A stretch of 64,000 bases of DNA from an uncultured Spirochaetota bacterium (lineage in GTDB: Bacteria > Spirochaetota > UBA4802 > UBA5550). The stretch spans positions 16,315-80,314 of the forward strand of contig CALMRZ010000033.1 in NCBI GenBank assembly GCA_937872225.1. Reading direction: 5' to 3'. This document shows, one piece after another, positions 10,495-20,082 of the stretch. Position 1 is the stretch's first letter. The number at the start of each line of letters is the position of its first letter. The notes beneath the pieces are model-generated. The model made no database searches and was not told the origin of the DNA. It saw nothing but the letters and a program-made list of their open reading frames with translations. The position numbers were made by a program, and so were the translations under genes.

Positions 10495-10679
10495 ATAATC
10501 GATACACCGGCATGGAGATACGTGTCTTTGCTGTTCACGGTCAGGCCGGCGAAGCCGCACGGTACGCTGATCGTCCCGGCGGCGAGCCTGCTCGCGATGC
10601 GCCCATGGGCGGGACAACTGTAACGCACCAGGTCGCATTGCTCAAGAACTATAACGGCTGTTTTTCGATATTTTTGCAT
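10491..10679 (-). CDS. Candidate 62-aa Cys-containing small protein (MQKYRKTAVIVLEQCDLVRYSCPAHG...) whose TGA overlaps the histidine-kinase ATG (ATGA coupling). Function unknown.
   Basis: Stop/start overlap with the signal-peptide start of the kinase read directly from the sequence; weak RBS; no recognisable homology. Confidence 0.3.
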   Translation of the reverse strand: MQKYRKTAVIVLEQCDLVRYSCPAHGRIASRLAAGTISVPCGFAGLTVNSKDTYLHAGVSII

Positions 10680-10913
10680 GTCTCTCTTTTATCCCTTGTT
10701 GTTGCGCGGGGTCCTTTCTCATCCATGGTGCGGGTTTTATTCCTGATTATGCGGGAACAATCCTCTCCGGCGGGCTTCACGGGAAGCCCTGACAGGCAAA
10801 GCCGGGATGAAACCCGGCCGGGAGGGGCTCTTCGTTATAATACAGTAGCGAACTTGAGGCGGAGAACAGCTGTCCCAGGAATCACGCAACAGCGTGTTTG
10901 CCGACCGTGACTT

Positions 10914-11123
10914 CTAATAGGCCCACATGACCGGGGCATCACGATGTTTTGACCTGGCGTTCGCCAGGATGGAGCCGCACTCGGCGCCGGTCACCGTAAA
11001 GCCTTTGCTGCGGAACCACGCGGACAGCTCATCTGCTGAAAAGCGTTTCAGGTTCTTGATGAACTCCTGCGCGAGAGCCATGTTCCGGGGCATCAGTTCC
11101 ATGAAGTCTATATAGGTCCCCAT
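10914..11123 (-). CDS. Small (69 aa) Nif11-like domain protein, paralog of 15353-15577. Possible leader-peptide-like or signalling small protein.
   Basis: Strong RBS GGAGGA; pattern ..EF.K.LK....ADELSAWF.SKGF.V...EC resembles the Nif11 fold (S/D-x-EE-L..W/A..KGF.x..EE); ~44% identical to the ORF at 15353; AT-rich promoter upstream and GC hairpins downstream. Confidence 0.55.
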   Translation of the reverse strand: MGTYIDFMELMPRNMALAQEFIKNLKRFSADELSAWFRSKGFTVTGAECGSILANARSKHRDAPVMWAY

Positions 11124-11448
11124 ACAATCCTCCGGTAAATTGTAGTATAATTAATAATAGCAAAATTTGAAAATAATGATAATAGGCAATATCCCCCAAA
11201 CCGGCATAATACTTTTTGGAAGTTTACGGTCAGTAAACTCTTTATCATCCAAGCGGCCTGCCGCGGCATCCGTAAAGAATAACGATGAGGCCATCCCGGA
11301 TCACCGCCGTCTGCCGGCGGGGGGCGGGGCCGTTCCGGTCAGTATGACCGGCACGGTCCCATCCGGTAGATTCGGAGGCCACTTGGACAGCCCCATCGTT
11401 GGCGATTATCTGCTGGAATGCGACAAATAAAAAAACAACCCTCCCTGA

Positions 11449-12504
11449 TCAATATCTTAACGAAAAAATACCGCACTGGGTGCCCGACGCCGGGATGATG
11501 CACAGGGCCAGGTTCCCCTTCTTGAAATACCCCTTTTCCCTGGCCCGCCACATGGAAAGGGGAAGGCTGACCGACGCCACGTTGCCGTATTCCGCGTAAA
11601 AACCTGACTCCGGATAGCGTACCGTGATGGAAGAATCAGCGAGGAACGACAGTATCGAATCCCGGGCGAGCTTTCCCACATCATGGAAAAAAAGATTATC
11701 GTAGATGACCCCGGTGCTGTTAATTTCATGGAAGTAATTTTTCACGCAGTCCCGCGTAACCACGTATGCCGACTTGAAAAGGTCCGGGGTGTGCGTGTAC
11801 AGCTTGTACCGCTCGCCCAGGGTATAGTTGAGGCCGATGGTGCAGAGATGGTACTGGCCGTCCGACAGCTCGTAGGAGAATTTCATGTGGTTTCCGTCGC
11901 CGGCATAGTTCATATCGCCGGTCGCCCCGAGGATGACCGCGCCTGCTCCGTCGCCGATGGTAAGGGAGCCGAACTTCCACGCCAGTTCGTCCCTGGTCTT
12001 GCAGACCATGTCGGCCCAGTCGAAGGTCCGCTCTCCCGCCGCGACCAGGATACGGCGGTACTGGCCCGAACGGATCAGGGCATGGCCTATCTCGATCGAT
12101 TTTATGAAGCTGGTGCACGCGTCCTGCGTGTCGATCACGTTCGCGTTGAGGGCCTGCAGCTTGTGGCGGAGCACATGGGCCGTGGCGGGCTCCACAAAGG
12201 CCTTGGACATGCCGGTGAATATGATAAGATCGAGGTCTCCCGCCTCGAGCCCCGCGTCTTCCAGGGCCGCGAGCGAAGCCCGGTATGCAATGTCCGTGCA
12301 GTATTCATCCTCATCGCACCAGTAGCGGGTGACATTTCCCGCCTTGGCGAGGCGCTCCCTGGCAAGGGCCAGGATATCGTCAAGGTCCTTCGCGTTCAGG
12401 TACGGTTCGCTTTTCCGCCTCATCATCAGCAGCACGTCATCATTGGTGATTTTTCTCTTCGGAATGTAAATGCCCATTCCTTGTATTTCAGAAGTAACTG
12501 TCAT
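11449..12504 (-). CDS. 3-oxoacyl-ACP synthase III-like condensing enzyme (FabH/KAS III family; could be a FabH-like signal or secondary-metabolite synthase). Start at MTVTSEIQGMGIYIP uncertain (alternatives 12525, 12477).
   Basis: Thiolase-fold KAS III architecture: candidate active-site Cys in DTQDACTSF, C-terminal FFHDVG and GNVASVSLPL (His/Asn-region analogues), ~350 aa. Confidence 0.75.
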   Translation of the reverse strand: MTVTSEIQGMGIYIPKRKITNDDVLLMMRRKSEPYLNAKDLDDILALARERLAKAGNVTRYWCDEDEYCTDIAYRASLAALEDAGLEAGDLDLIIFTGMSKAFVEPATAHVLRHKLQALNANVIDTQDACTSFIKSIEIGHALIRSGQYRRILVAAGERTFDWADMVCKTRDELAWKFGSLTIGDGAGAVILGATGDMNYAGDGNHMKFSYELSDGQYHLCTIGLNYTLGERYKLYTHTPDLFKSAYVVTRDCVKNYFHEINSTGVIYDNLFFHDVGKLARDSILSFLADSSITVRYPESGFYAEYGNVASVSLPLSMWRAREKGYFKKGNLALCIIPASGTQCGIFSLRY

Positions 12505-12558
12505 GTCTGTTAACACCCGTTGCAATGATAGCGCGTGGGGTTTCCCGGGGGAGACCGG

Positions 12559-14790
12559 TCACGCATGTTCTATGTTGAAATAATTTACGGCCTCTTTTAA
12601 TTTTTCAGCAAGGCTCGACAGGTTGGTCGCGCTTGCCGAAAGCTCCTGGGTTTCAGAGGCATTCGACTGGGACAGTTCATTGATGGCCGTTATGGCCTTG
12701 ACGATCTCGTAATTGGCGTTCTTCTGCTCCTGCGACGCCGTTTTAATCTCCTCGGACCGGTCCCGTATCTCATGGGCGGCCGAATTCACCTCAGCGTTGG
12801 TGGCGTTCTGGCTGTTCATGAATTCCGCGACCTGGTTCATTAAGGTGTCTATCGAATTGACGCCCGTGATGATCTCGCTGATAAGGTTGATCGTGGTCGC
12901 GACGTTCGCCATCCCCGTTTCGACGTCGGCCGTATTGTTCTTGATCAGGCGGTCGATGTCCATGATGCTTTTCGACGTCATTTCAGCGAGCTTCGAGATC
13001 TCATCGGCGACGACGGCGAACCCCCTCCCCGCGGTCCCGGCGCGGGCGGCCTCGATGGCCGCGTTCAGCGAGAGGAGATTGATCTGGTCGGATATGCCGT
13101 TGATTATTTCGACCACGTTAGTCATCTGGCCGGAACTGGCGATGATGTTGTTCATCGTGGCCTGCATGTTCATCAGGGCCTTTTCACCGCCCTCGGCCCG
13201 GCGCGTGATCCGGTATGTCTGTTCCAGGGTCTCCCTTGTTTTCACGTTCATCTCGTCGATGATGCGTGAAAGCCGCTCCATCTTCAGGATAAGCTCGTTC
13301 AGGTTCATGTACTGGTACTGGGCGGCGCTGGAAATGCTGTCGATGCCCGCCGACACCTGTTCGACGGTCGCCGTGATCTCCTCCGAGTTCGACGCCTGGT
13401 TCTGGGCGTTATTGGAGAAGACCGAGGTCGAATTCGACATCTGCTCGGACGAGCTTGCCAGATCGATGGAAGTGGTCTTGATGCTCCTGATGATTTCGCG
13501 CAGGATGACAAGGAGCTTGTCTATGTTAAACACGATCTCGCCGACCTCGTCGAAGGTCGTTATCACCAGGTTCTGCGAGATCTCGCCGCTGGCCAGTTTG
13601 GTGACGGCCTCCTTCACCTGCGACAGCGGGGCTATGCGCTGCGTAATGATGAAATAGGTGACCCCTCCCATCATGAGTATGCCCGCGAGGAGGAACGCCA
13701 GCATGAAAATCGTGGTCTGGAAGATCCTTTCTTCTATCTCGGATTCGTAGATGCTCGAAAAGACAAAGACCCTGTTTTTCAGAGACCGGCGGACCGCCAT
13801 ATAGCGCCAGTTTTTTCCGTCGTCAAAGCGCAGGTGGTGGACCGTGCCGGCACCGAGTATCTCCCCGCCGTAGCGTTCCACAAACGCTCCATTGATATCC
13901 AGCCGCGACCCGCTTTGGGTGAGGACGGCGAAGTCCCTGTCCGCGATGGTGATGGTGCCGGTTTTGCCCGTCTCGATGTTCTTCAGCACGCGGGCCCGAA
14001 ACGGCTCCGAGCCGATCGCCCTCCGCACGTCTTTCCCGTCCCGGCTTTTCCCGACTTCAGCGAGATAATCGTCCATCTCCCTGACGGCGGTCCCGGCGAC
14101 GATGTCCATCTTGTCAAGATACGACTCCTTCAGCTGGTAATACGAAAGGTTATAGACCACCGTGACCATGATGATGCCGAGGAAGGCCATGATGGTGATG
14201 ACGGAAATGGACAGGTACCGTCCCATCCTGCTTTTCGCGTCAAAGACCGAACCCGAAATCCGGGAAAAAAGTCCGAACCTGGCTATACGGTTCAGGAGAT
14301 ACTCGGGGACAAGGTAAAAGATAATCCCCGACGCAATGGTGTTGATGACCAGCAGCATCCCCATGTTGAAGGTGTCTGTGAATGAAGGATGGGACGTTAT
14401 ATTAAGGATGACGATGATGGAGCTGACCGTGAGGACCCACCGGACCATGGTATCGATGGCGTGGAGCTTCGGGAGTTTCTGGTACCGGTCGTAAGCGGCG
14501 GCATAGTCCTCATCGGATACCTGTTCGCCCCGCAGGACTGAACTGAAATAATTAAGGATAGGCCGGGCTTTTTTCCGCGACGATATGACCGATATGACGA
14601 AGGACAGCGCCATGACCAGGGCCGCAATCATGAAAAAAACCAGGAGGTCCCTCTGCTGGAGATTGATGACCAGCACGACAACGACCATGGCCGTGGGGGA
14701 CAGCACCAGAAACGCCACCCCCTCGGTAAAAATATAGAAGGACCTGAAGAAAGACCGCAGATACCCGTATGCTTTTTCAGCGCCGTCCAT
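12559..14790 (-). CDS. Methyl-accepting chemotaxis protein with an N-terminal multi-TM sensor module, HAMP and MCP signalling domain.
   Basis: Highly conserved MCP tip [29 protein letters not shown]; several N-terminal hydrophobic helices; paralog of 20280-22478. Confidence 0.9.
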   Translation of the reverse strand: MDGAEKAYGYLRSFFRSFYIFTEGVAFLVLSPTAMVVVVLVINLQQRDLLVFFMIAALVMALSFVISVISSRKKARPILNYFSSVLRGEQVSDEDYAAAYDRYQKLPKLHAIDTMVRWVLTVSSIIVILNITSHPSFTDTFNMGMLLVINTIASGIIFYLVPEYLLNRIARFGLFSRISGSVFDAKSRMGRYLSISVITIMAFLGIIMVTVVYNLSYYQLKESYLDKMDIVAGTAVREMDDYLAEVGKSRDGKDVRRAIGSEPFRARVLKNIETGKTGTITIADRDFAVLTQSGSRLDINGAFVERYGGEILGAGTVHHLRFDDGKNWRYMAVRRSLKNRVFVFSSIYESEIEERIFQTTIFMLAFLLAGILMMGGVTYFIITQRIAPLSQVKEAVTKLASGEISQNLVITTFDEVGEIVFNIDKLLVILREIIRSIKTTSIDLASSSEQMSNSTSVFSNNAQNQASNSEEITATVEQVSAGIDSISSAAQYQYMNLNELILKMERLSRIIDEMNVKTRETLEQTYRITRRAEGGEKALMNMQATMNNIIASSGQMTNVVEIINGISDQINLLSLNAAIEAARAGTAGRGFAVVADEISKLAEMTSKSIMDIDRLIKNNTADVETGMANVATTINLISEIITGVNSIDTLMNQVAEFMNSQNATNAEVNSAAHEIRDRSEEIKTASQEQKNANYEIVKAITAINELSQSNASETQELSASATNLSSLAEKLKEAVNYFNIEHA

Positions 14791-15352
14791 TCAAGACATC
14801 TCCTCAGCAAATAAGCCAGGTCGCGAATTTTATCCCGTGCACCCTTCCATCTCCTTTCTCCCCTCCCGGTATGTAATATCATCCCGTTATCTCCAAACGG
14901 CAATAGGCGGGACATCCTACTTGCGCATAGGAATTTTACTTACCTCAAGCATCACGGATTGCATTACCGCAGGATCCCCGGCGGAGAACCATCAGTCAGC
15001 AGGGGCCGGGGACATGCAACCGGCGGCGGGGAGGGCTGGCCGCCTTCAACCGGGTTCTTCTATTATATAGGGGAAAAACCTATGGGACAGTAGGTGTATT
15101 TATCGTTTAAAAATAGGGGTTCCTCCCTATTTATAACTATTACCCATGAGATTATATTACATAGAGCGCTATTCTGGATTTGTCATTTCGAACTACGCTT
15201 GCGGGGTGGGAAATCTTGCTGCATCAAATCCTGTCAAGATTTCTCCTCATCCCGGAATGCCGGGATCCGTCGCAATGACTGCTTCGCCACAAGCCTATTA
15301 ATGATAATGATGCGCCTTTCTTACAGACAGAAATAAACAAGGGGAGGGAGCA

Positions 15353-15577
15353 ATGGCACAGTACATAGACTTCATTCAGGCCATGCCCGCCGACAGGGTC
15401 CTTTCCAGGGAGTTCAAACAGATGATAAAAAGCTCATCAGCGGAGGAATTGTCTCTCTGGTTCGAAATCAAGGGCTTCGAGGTTGACGTGGATGAATGCA
15501 GGCTCATCATCAAAAACAACAGGAACAATTTTTTCCTGATGGAAGAGGCGATTCCGTTTCTATTTCTCACCCGTTAA
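15353..15577 (+). CDS. Small (74 aa) Nif11-like domain protein, paralog of 10914-11123.
   Basis: RBS GGAGGGAG; YIDF..MP....L..EFKQ.IK.SSAEELSLWFEIKGFEVDVDEC pattern; paralogy with the ORF at 10914. Confidence 0.55.
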   Translation: MAQYIDFIQAMPADRVLSREFKQMIKSSSAEELSLWFEIKGFEVDVDECRLIIKNNRNNFFLMEEAIPFLFLTR

Positions 15578-15745
15578 GGGCAAAACCGGCCGACGCTGCC
15601 ATGATCATTCACCGCCCCCGGGTTACACGGCCGCCTTCACATCATACCCGCCTTCAAAATCCGGTTGACAGGCGCCCCGCGCCTCTGTACAAGCAGAGGA
15701 GCACATGATCATCTTCCGCGAAATTACAGCATCGAGGGTTCAGCC

Positions 15746-16723
15746 ATGGCCAAGTTCAAGCCGCAGTTCGGCAGGCTTCTGTTCATCGACAAAAAGCTCC
15801 AGTCAGGCGCGTATCCCAACAGCACCAGCCTCGCACGGGAGTACGAGATAAGCCCGCGCACCATCCTCCGCGACATTGACTTCATGCGGGACATGCTCGA
15901 CGCCCCCATCGATTACGACAAGGAGAAGCGCGGCTTCTACTACACGGAGAAGAACTACCGCCTCCCCGGCATCGCCATCCGCGAAAGCGATCTCTTCGCC
16001 ATCTGCATAGCGGAGAGGGCCCTTGAGCAGTACGCCAACACGCCCCTCTATGACAAGCTCTCGTCGGTGTTCGAGAAGATACGGTCGTACCTGCCGGACA
16101 GCATCACCGTGCGGCCCGGCTGGATAGACAACCGATTCACCTTTCTCCAGGAAAGCTTCACCGCCATCGACCCCGCCATATGGGAAACCGTGGCTGACGG
16201 GCTCCGCACCGCCCGGCGGGTCGATATAACCCACCAGAAGGCGGGCGGCGAAACGACGCGCCGGAAGGTCGCGCCGTATCACATGGTGAACTACCGGGGC
16301 GAATGGTACCTGGTGGGCCACTGCAGCGTCAGGAAAGCCGTGGTGCGCTTCGCCATGTCCCGCATCAGGAGCGCCGAGATCACTGCCGAGACCTTCACCG
16401 TGCCGGAGGACTTCGATTTCCAGAAATACCTGGGATCGCATTTCGGCATCATGACCGAAGACGAAGAGCACGCGGTGAAGATCGAGTTCTCCCCGGCGCA
16501 GGCCCCTTACGTGGAGGAGCGCACCTGGCACAGCGGCCAGACCGTGACCAGGAGCGGGGACGGGTCCGTTGTCCTTTCCTTCACCACTAATTCCCTCTTC
16601 GAGGTGAAGCGGTGGGTCCTGGCGTGGGGCGCCGACGCCCGCGTGCTGGCCCCCGAGGCGCTGGCCCGCATGGTCCGTGAGGACCTGGCCGCGGCCCTTG
16701 CCCGCTACCGCGAACGATCCTGA
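15746..16723 (+). CDS. WYL-domain transcriptional regulator (wHTH, WYL, C-terminal extension; PafBC/BrxR/CapW-like architecture). The ORF-track TTG start at 15665 is rejected in favour of ATG 15746.
   Basis: N-terminal wHTH (LLFIDKKLQSG...SLAREYEISPRTILRDIDFM), WYL motif GEWYLVGHC, ~325 aa. Confidence 0.75.
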   Translation: MAKFKPQFGRLLFIDKKLQSGAYPNSTSLAREYEISPRTILRDIDFMRDMLDAPIDYDKEKRGFYYTEKNYRLPGIAIRESDLFAICIAERALEQYANTPLYDKLSSVFEKIRSYLPDSITVRPGWIDNRFTFLQESFTAIDPAIWETVADGLRTARRVDITHQKAGGETTRRKVAPYHMVNYRGEWYLVGHCSVRKAVVRFAMSRIRSAEITAETFTVPEDFDFQKYLGSHFGIMTEDEEHAVKIEFSPAQAPYVEERTWHSGQTVTRSGDGSVVLSFTTNSLFEVKRWVLAWGADARVLAPEALARMVREDLAAALARYRERS

Positions 16724-16833
16724 CGGGGACCCGGGCCGCCGCCTCGGAAAATTGATTTGACAGGCCGCCGCAAGCCCTCCACCATTCTGCATGATGAACA
16801 GATCCGGCAGCACCCTGAAGGAGAGAACTGCGA

Positions 16834-18831
16834 GTGGGAATCGCTGAAGACATCATCATCATAATCATCGCAGGTCTCATTGCGGCGTACACAGCGCACC
16901 GGCTGAAGCTGCCCCTCCTCGTGGGCTACATCGTCGCCGGCATCATCATCGGCCCCTTCACCGGAGGCGTCACCGTGACCAACGCGCGCCAGATCGAGCT
17001 CCTGGCGGAAATCGGCGTCGGTCTCCTCCTTTTCTCCATCGGCCTCGAGCTCTCCTTCAGGGAAATCCGTGAAGTCCGCGCCATCGCCCTTATCGGGACG
17101 CCGCTGCAGGTCCTGCTGTCGATCGCCTACGGTATCGGGATCGGCCTCTGGCTGGGGCTCCCCTGGAACGCGTCGATCCTCCTGGGCGCCGTCATATCCC
17201 TCTCCAGCACCATGATCGTCATCAAGACCCTCATGAGCCGGGGGCTCATAGGGACCCTGTCCAGCAGAGTCATGATCGGCATACTCATCGTCCAGGACCT
17301 GGTGGCGGTGCCGATGATGGTCATCGTGCCGCAGTTGGACAACATCGGCGGGAGCCTCCCCCTGCTCGGCCTTACGCTCCTGAAGGGCGTGCTGGTCCTG
17401 GCCGCGGTCATGATAGCGGGGACCCGCATCATTCCGTTTATCCTGAAGCAGATTGCCCGGCTCAACTCGCCGGAGCTCTTCCTTCTGTCCGTGGCGGCCC
17501 TGGGCCTCGGCACCGGCTATGCCACCTACCGGCTGGGGCTCTCCTTCGCCCTGGGCGCCTTTGTGACGGGCCTGGTGCTGAACAGGTCGGACTACGGCCA
17601 CAAGGCCCTCCATGACATCATCCCCCTGCGGGACATCTTCGGCCTGATCTTCTTCACTTCAGTGGGAATGCTCATCGACCCGTCGTACCTGTTCAACCAC
17701 TACGGCACGGTGGCCGTTCTCGCCGGCCTGATCATGGCCGGGAAATTCATCATCTTCGCCCTGCTCTCGCGGGCCTTCGGCTACTTCAATGTCATCCCCA
17801 TCGCGGTGGGACTCGGCCTTTCACAGGTCGGGGAGTTCTCCTTCGTGCTGGCCCGCCTCGGCCTCGGAGGGAAGGTGCTGACCAATGAGACCTATTCCAT
17901 GGTGCTCACGACCTCGGTGGTCACCATGCTTCTCTCCCCCCTGCTGACGATGATGACATCGCCCCTCTATTCCCTGAAGAACAGGATTTTCAGGAAGGAG
18001 CGGTTCCTGATCGACAACATTCCCCGGGAAGGCCTGCGGGACCATGTCATCATCGCCGGGGGCGGCCGCGTCGGGTCCGCCATCGCAACCATCCTGCACC
18101 GCCTGGGATTCAGCTTCGTGATCCTGGAACAGGACCACGGCAGGTTCGAGGCGGCGAAAAACAGCGGGTTCCCGGTCATCTACGGCGACGCGTGCCAGGA
18201 GCCGATCCTGGCGGCGGCGGGCGCCGGCCAGGCCCGCCTTCTGATCATCACCGTCCCCTCCATCATGGTGGCCCGGGAGATCGTGGGGATAACCTCACGG
18301 GCGAACCCGACGCTCAACATCGTCGCCCGCAGCAACAGCCTGGAGGAAATGAAGGAACTGCGTGCCCTGAATGTCCATGAAGTGGTCCAGCCGGAATTCG
18401 AGGCAAGCCTGGAAATACTGCGTCAAGCGCTCCTCCACCTTGACATCCCGGCCCTCTCGATCCAGAAATACGCGGACGACATGCGCCGCCAGAATTATTA
18501 CCCGGGACAGGACGTGGACGGGGACCTCCTGGCGGACCTGAAAAACGTTCCCTACCTGCTGGAGATGGAATGGATCACCGTGGGGCCCGCCAGTCCCGCC
18601 ATCGGGAAGTCCATCGCCGCCCTGAAGATACGCACCGCCACGGGGGCTACCGTGGTGGGGGTGTACCGGAACAAGCAATTTACGCCGAACCCCGGCTTTG
18701 ATTTTACTTTTCAGCAGGATGACGCCGTGGCGGTCATCGGCCAGTGCGCGAGCAGGAAGCTTTTTGAAGAGATGGTGAACCCCGATGCGGCCCATGGCGG
18801 ACGGACCTGCGAAGAACCAGGAGGCGAATGA
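16834..18831 (+). CDS. Kef-type K+/H+ antiporter (CPA2 family) with cytoplasmic TrkA-N/TrkA-C (RCK) domains.
   Basis: 12-13 TM N-terminal core, Rossmann GGGRVGSAIA (TrkA-N), C-terminal TrkA-C; GTG start. Confidence 0.85.
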   Translation: MGIAEDIIIIIIAGLIAAYTAHRLKLPLLVGYIVAGIIIGPFTGGVTVTNARQIELLAEIGVGLLLFSIGLELSFREIREVRAIALIGTPLQVLLSIAYGIGIGLWLGLPWNASILLGAVISLSSTMIVIKTLMSRGLIGTLSSRVMIGILIVQDLVAVPMMVIVPQLDNIGGSLPLLGLTLLKGVLVLAAVMIAGTRIIPFILKQIARLNSPELFLLSVAALGLGTGYATYRLGLSFALGAFVTGLVLNRSDYGHKALHDIIPLRDIFGLIFFTSVGMLIDPSYLFNHYGTVAVLAGLIMAGKFIIFALLSRAFGYFNVIPIAVGLGLSQVGEFSFVLARLGLGGKVLTNETYSMVLTTSVVTMLLSPLLTMMTSPLYSLKNRIFRKERFLIDNIPREGLRDHVIIAGGGRVGSAIATILHRLGFSFVILEQDHGRFEAAKNSGFPVIYGDACQEPILAAAGAGQARLLIITVPSIMVAREIVGITSRANPTLNIVARSNSLEEMKELRALNVHEVVQPEFEASLEILRQALLHLDIPALSIQKYADDMRRQNYYPGQDVDGDLLADLKNVPYLLEMEWITVGPASPAIGKSIAALKIRTATGATVVGVYRNKQFTPNPGFDFTFQQDDAVAVIGQCASRKLFEEMVNPDAAHGGRTCEEPGGE

Positions 18832-19307
18832 TGAAATTGAATAAATGGCTCATGCCGTTCGCGGCGGCAGCGGTCCTGACCGCGGGCACGGCCACCGTTT
18901 CCGAGTCGAAGATAAAGGCCGTGGCATGGCAGACCGTGTACGTACCGGTGTACTCGTCGATATACCACGGCGACAGGGAACGCGAGTTCAACCTTGCCGT
19001 CACCCTGAGTGTCAGGAACACCGACACCCGTAATTCCATAACCCTGGAGCGCGTCGATTATTATGATACGGCGGGGAAGATCCTCAAGCGCTACCTGGAG
19101 GGGAAGCAGATTCTGAAGCCGATGGAATCGGTCCAGTACCTGGTCAGGGAATCGGACATCAAGGGCGGTCCAGGCGCCAATTTCATCGTAGCCTGGCGCT
19201 CCTCCAGGCCGGTGAGCGCCCCGGTCATTGAATCGATCATGATCGGCACCGGCGGGCAGCAGGGTATATCCTTCACCTCCCGGGGGGTCGTGACCAGGGA
19301 GGAGTGA
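18828..19307 (+). CDS. Secreted DUF3124-like protein, translationally coupled (ATGA) to the Kef antiporter.
   Basis: Signal peptide MMKLNKWLMPFAAAAVLTAG; YVPVYSSIYHGD...GGPGANF pattern recalled for DUF3124; AGGAGG RBS; start overlaps the kef stop. Confidence 0.5.
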   Translation: MMKLNKWLMPFAAAAVLTAGTATVSESKIKAVAWQTVYVPVYSSIYHGDREREFNLAVTLSVRNTDTRNSITLERVDYYDTAGKILKRYLEGKQILKPMESVQYLVRESDIKGGPGANFIVAWRSSRPVSAPVIESIMIGTGGQQGISFTSRGVVTREE

Positions 19308-19332
19308 ACCCCTGCGCAACGGCGCGCACGGA

Positions 19333-20082
19333 TCAATACGAATCAATCAACGTTCGGACTTCATCGCGGCTGCGGCGGTCGGCGTGTTTCCCCCCCTTCA
19401 GGGCCTTGCGCATGATGAAGAGATAGTTGAATCCGCGCAGGAAATAGTTGTGCTCGATGGCGGCGGTGTGCCAGCTCCGCTTCTGGAGCTTCGCGTTGTA
19501 GCGCTTCACCGCGACGATGTCCGCGGCCTCGAAATACTTCTCCATGACGGAAAAGAGCCTGAACCCGATGGGCATGAAAGGCCTCCCCTTCTCGAAGGAA
19601 TCCGACACATAGAGGGCCATGAAGCGGTCGGGCCTGAGGATACGGTCAATCTCCCGGATCACGCCGTCCATGGCCATGAAATATTCCTCCCCCCTGGCGG
19701 AAAGCTCGCCTATGCATTCCGGCAGGCCGCTGTAGCGGATGTGGTTTGAATAGGGCGGGTCAACGAAGACGAAGTCGGCCTTTTCGTTCTCCAGGGGGAG
19801 CTTCCTGGCGTCGGCCCTAAATATGTCGTCGCGGATGGGCGCCAGGTCATAGCCGAGGACGCGGCGGCCCAGCTCCCGGGCCACCTCGATGGTGGTGCCG
19901 CTCCCGCACATGGGGTCCACCACCAGGTCCTTCGGCTTCGTGTAGCGCATGAGCAGGTTCCAGATGATATAGGCCGGCGTCGCCCCCTGGTATTCCTTGT
20001 GATGTTCCATCTTGCGGTTGTACTGCTGGGAGGGATAGTCCCAGAAGGTGGTTGTCTGCAGCTTCAATTCCGGTTTTGCCAT
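19333..20082 (-). CDS. Stand-alone SAM-dependent DNA methyltransferase (N6-adenine/N4-cytosine family; FxGxG then DPPY order). No adjacent restriction endonuclease, so an apparent orphan methyltransferase.
   Basis: Motif I DPMCGSGTT and motif IV VFVDPPYS read from the translation; 249 aa. Confidence 0.65.
   Translation of the reverse strand: MAKPELKLQTTTFWDYPSQQYNRKMEHHKEYQGATPAYIIWNLLMRYTKPKDLVVDPMCGSGTTIEVARELGRRVLGYDLAPIRDDIFRADARKLPLENEKADFVFVDPPYSNHIRYSGLPECIGELSARGEEYFMAMDGVIREIDRILRPDRFMALYVSDSFEKGRPFMPIGFRLFSVMEKYFEAADIVAVKRYNAKLQKRSWHTAAIEHNYFLRGFNYLFIMRKALKGGKHADRRSRDEVRTLIDSY

Noticed and set aside
10495-10638. 48-codon N-terminal extension of the histidine kinase in the ORF track
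   Set aside because: Arg-rich low complexity preceding an obvious signal peptide (MMMPCRTIVLISCILFAGLAYA); the sequence overlaps a better-formed small ORF.
11167-11430. 87-aa plus-strand ORF between the Nif11-like gene and KAS III
   Set aside because: It overlaps the promoter region of the minus-strand small gene; no RBS and an implausible composition.
15180-15215. Possible sigma-54 promoter (tggg aaat cttgc) upstream of the Nif11-like gene 15353
   Set aside because: The GG-to-GC spacing is 8 nt rather than the required 10; it does not fit the -24/-12 consensus.
15665-15745. TTG-initiated N-terminal extension of the WYL regulator proposed by the ORF track
   Set aside because: The extension lacks an RBS and encodes RLCTSRGAHDHLPR; ATG 15746 gives a canonical wHTH start.
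15803-17613. Long minus-strand ORFs (336 and 302 aa) opposite the WYL-regulator and Kef genes
   Set aside because: Shadow ORFs typical of high-GC DNA; the sense-strand genes have clear domains.
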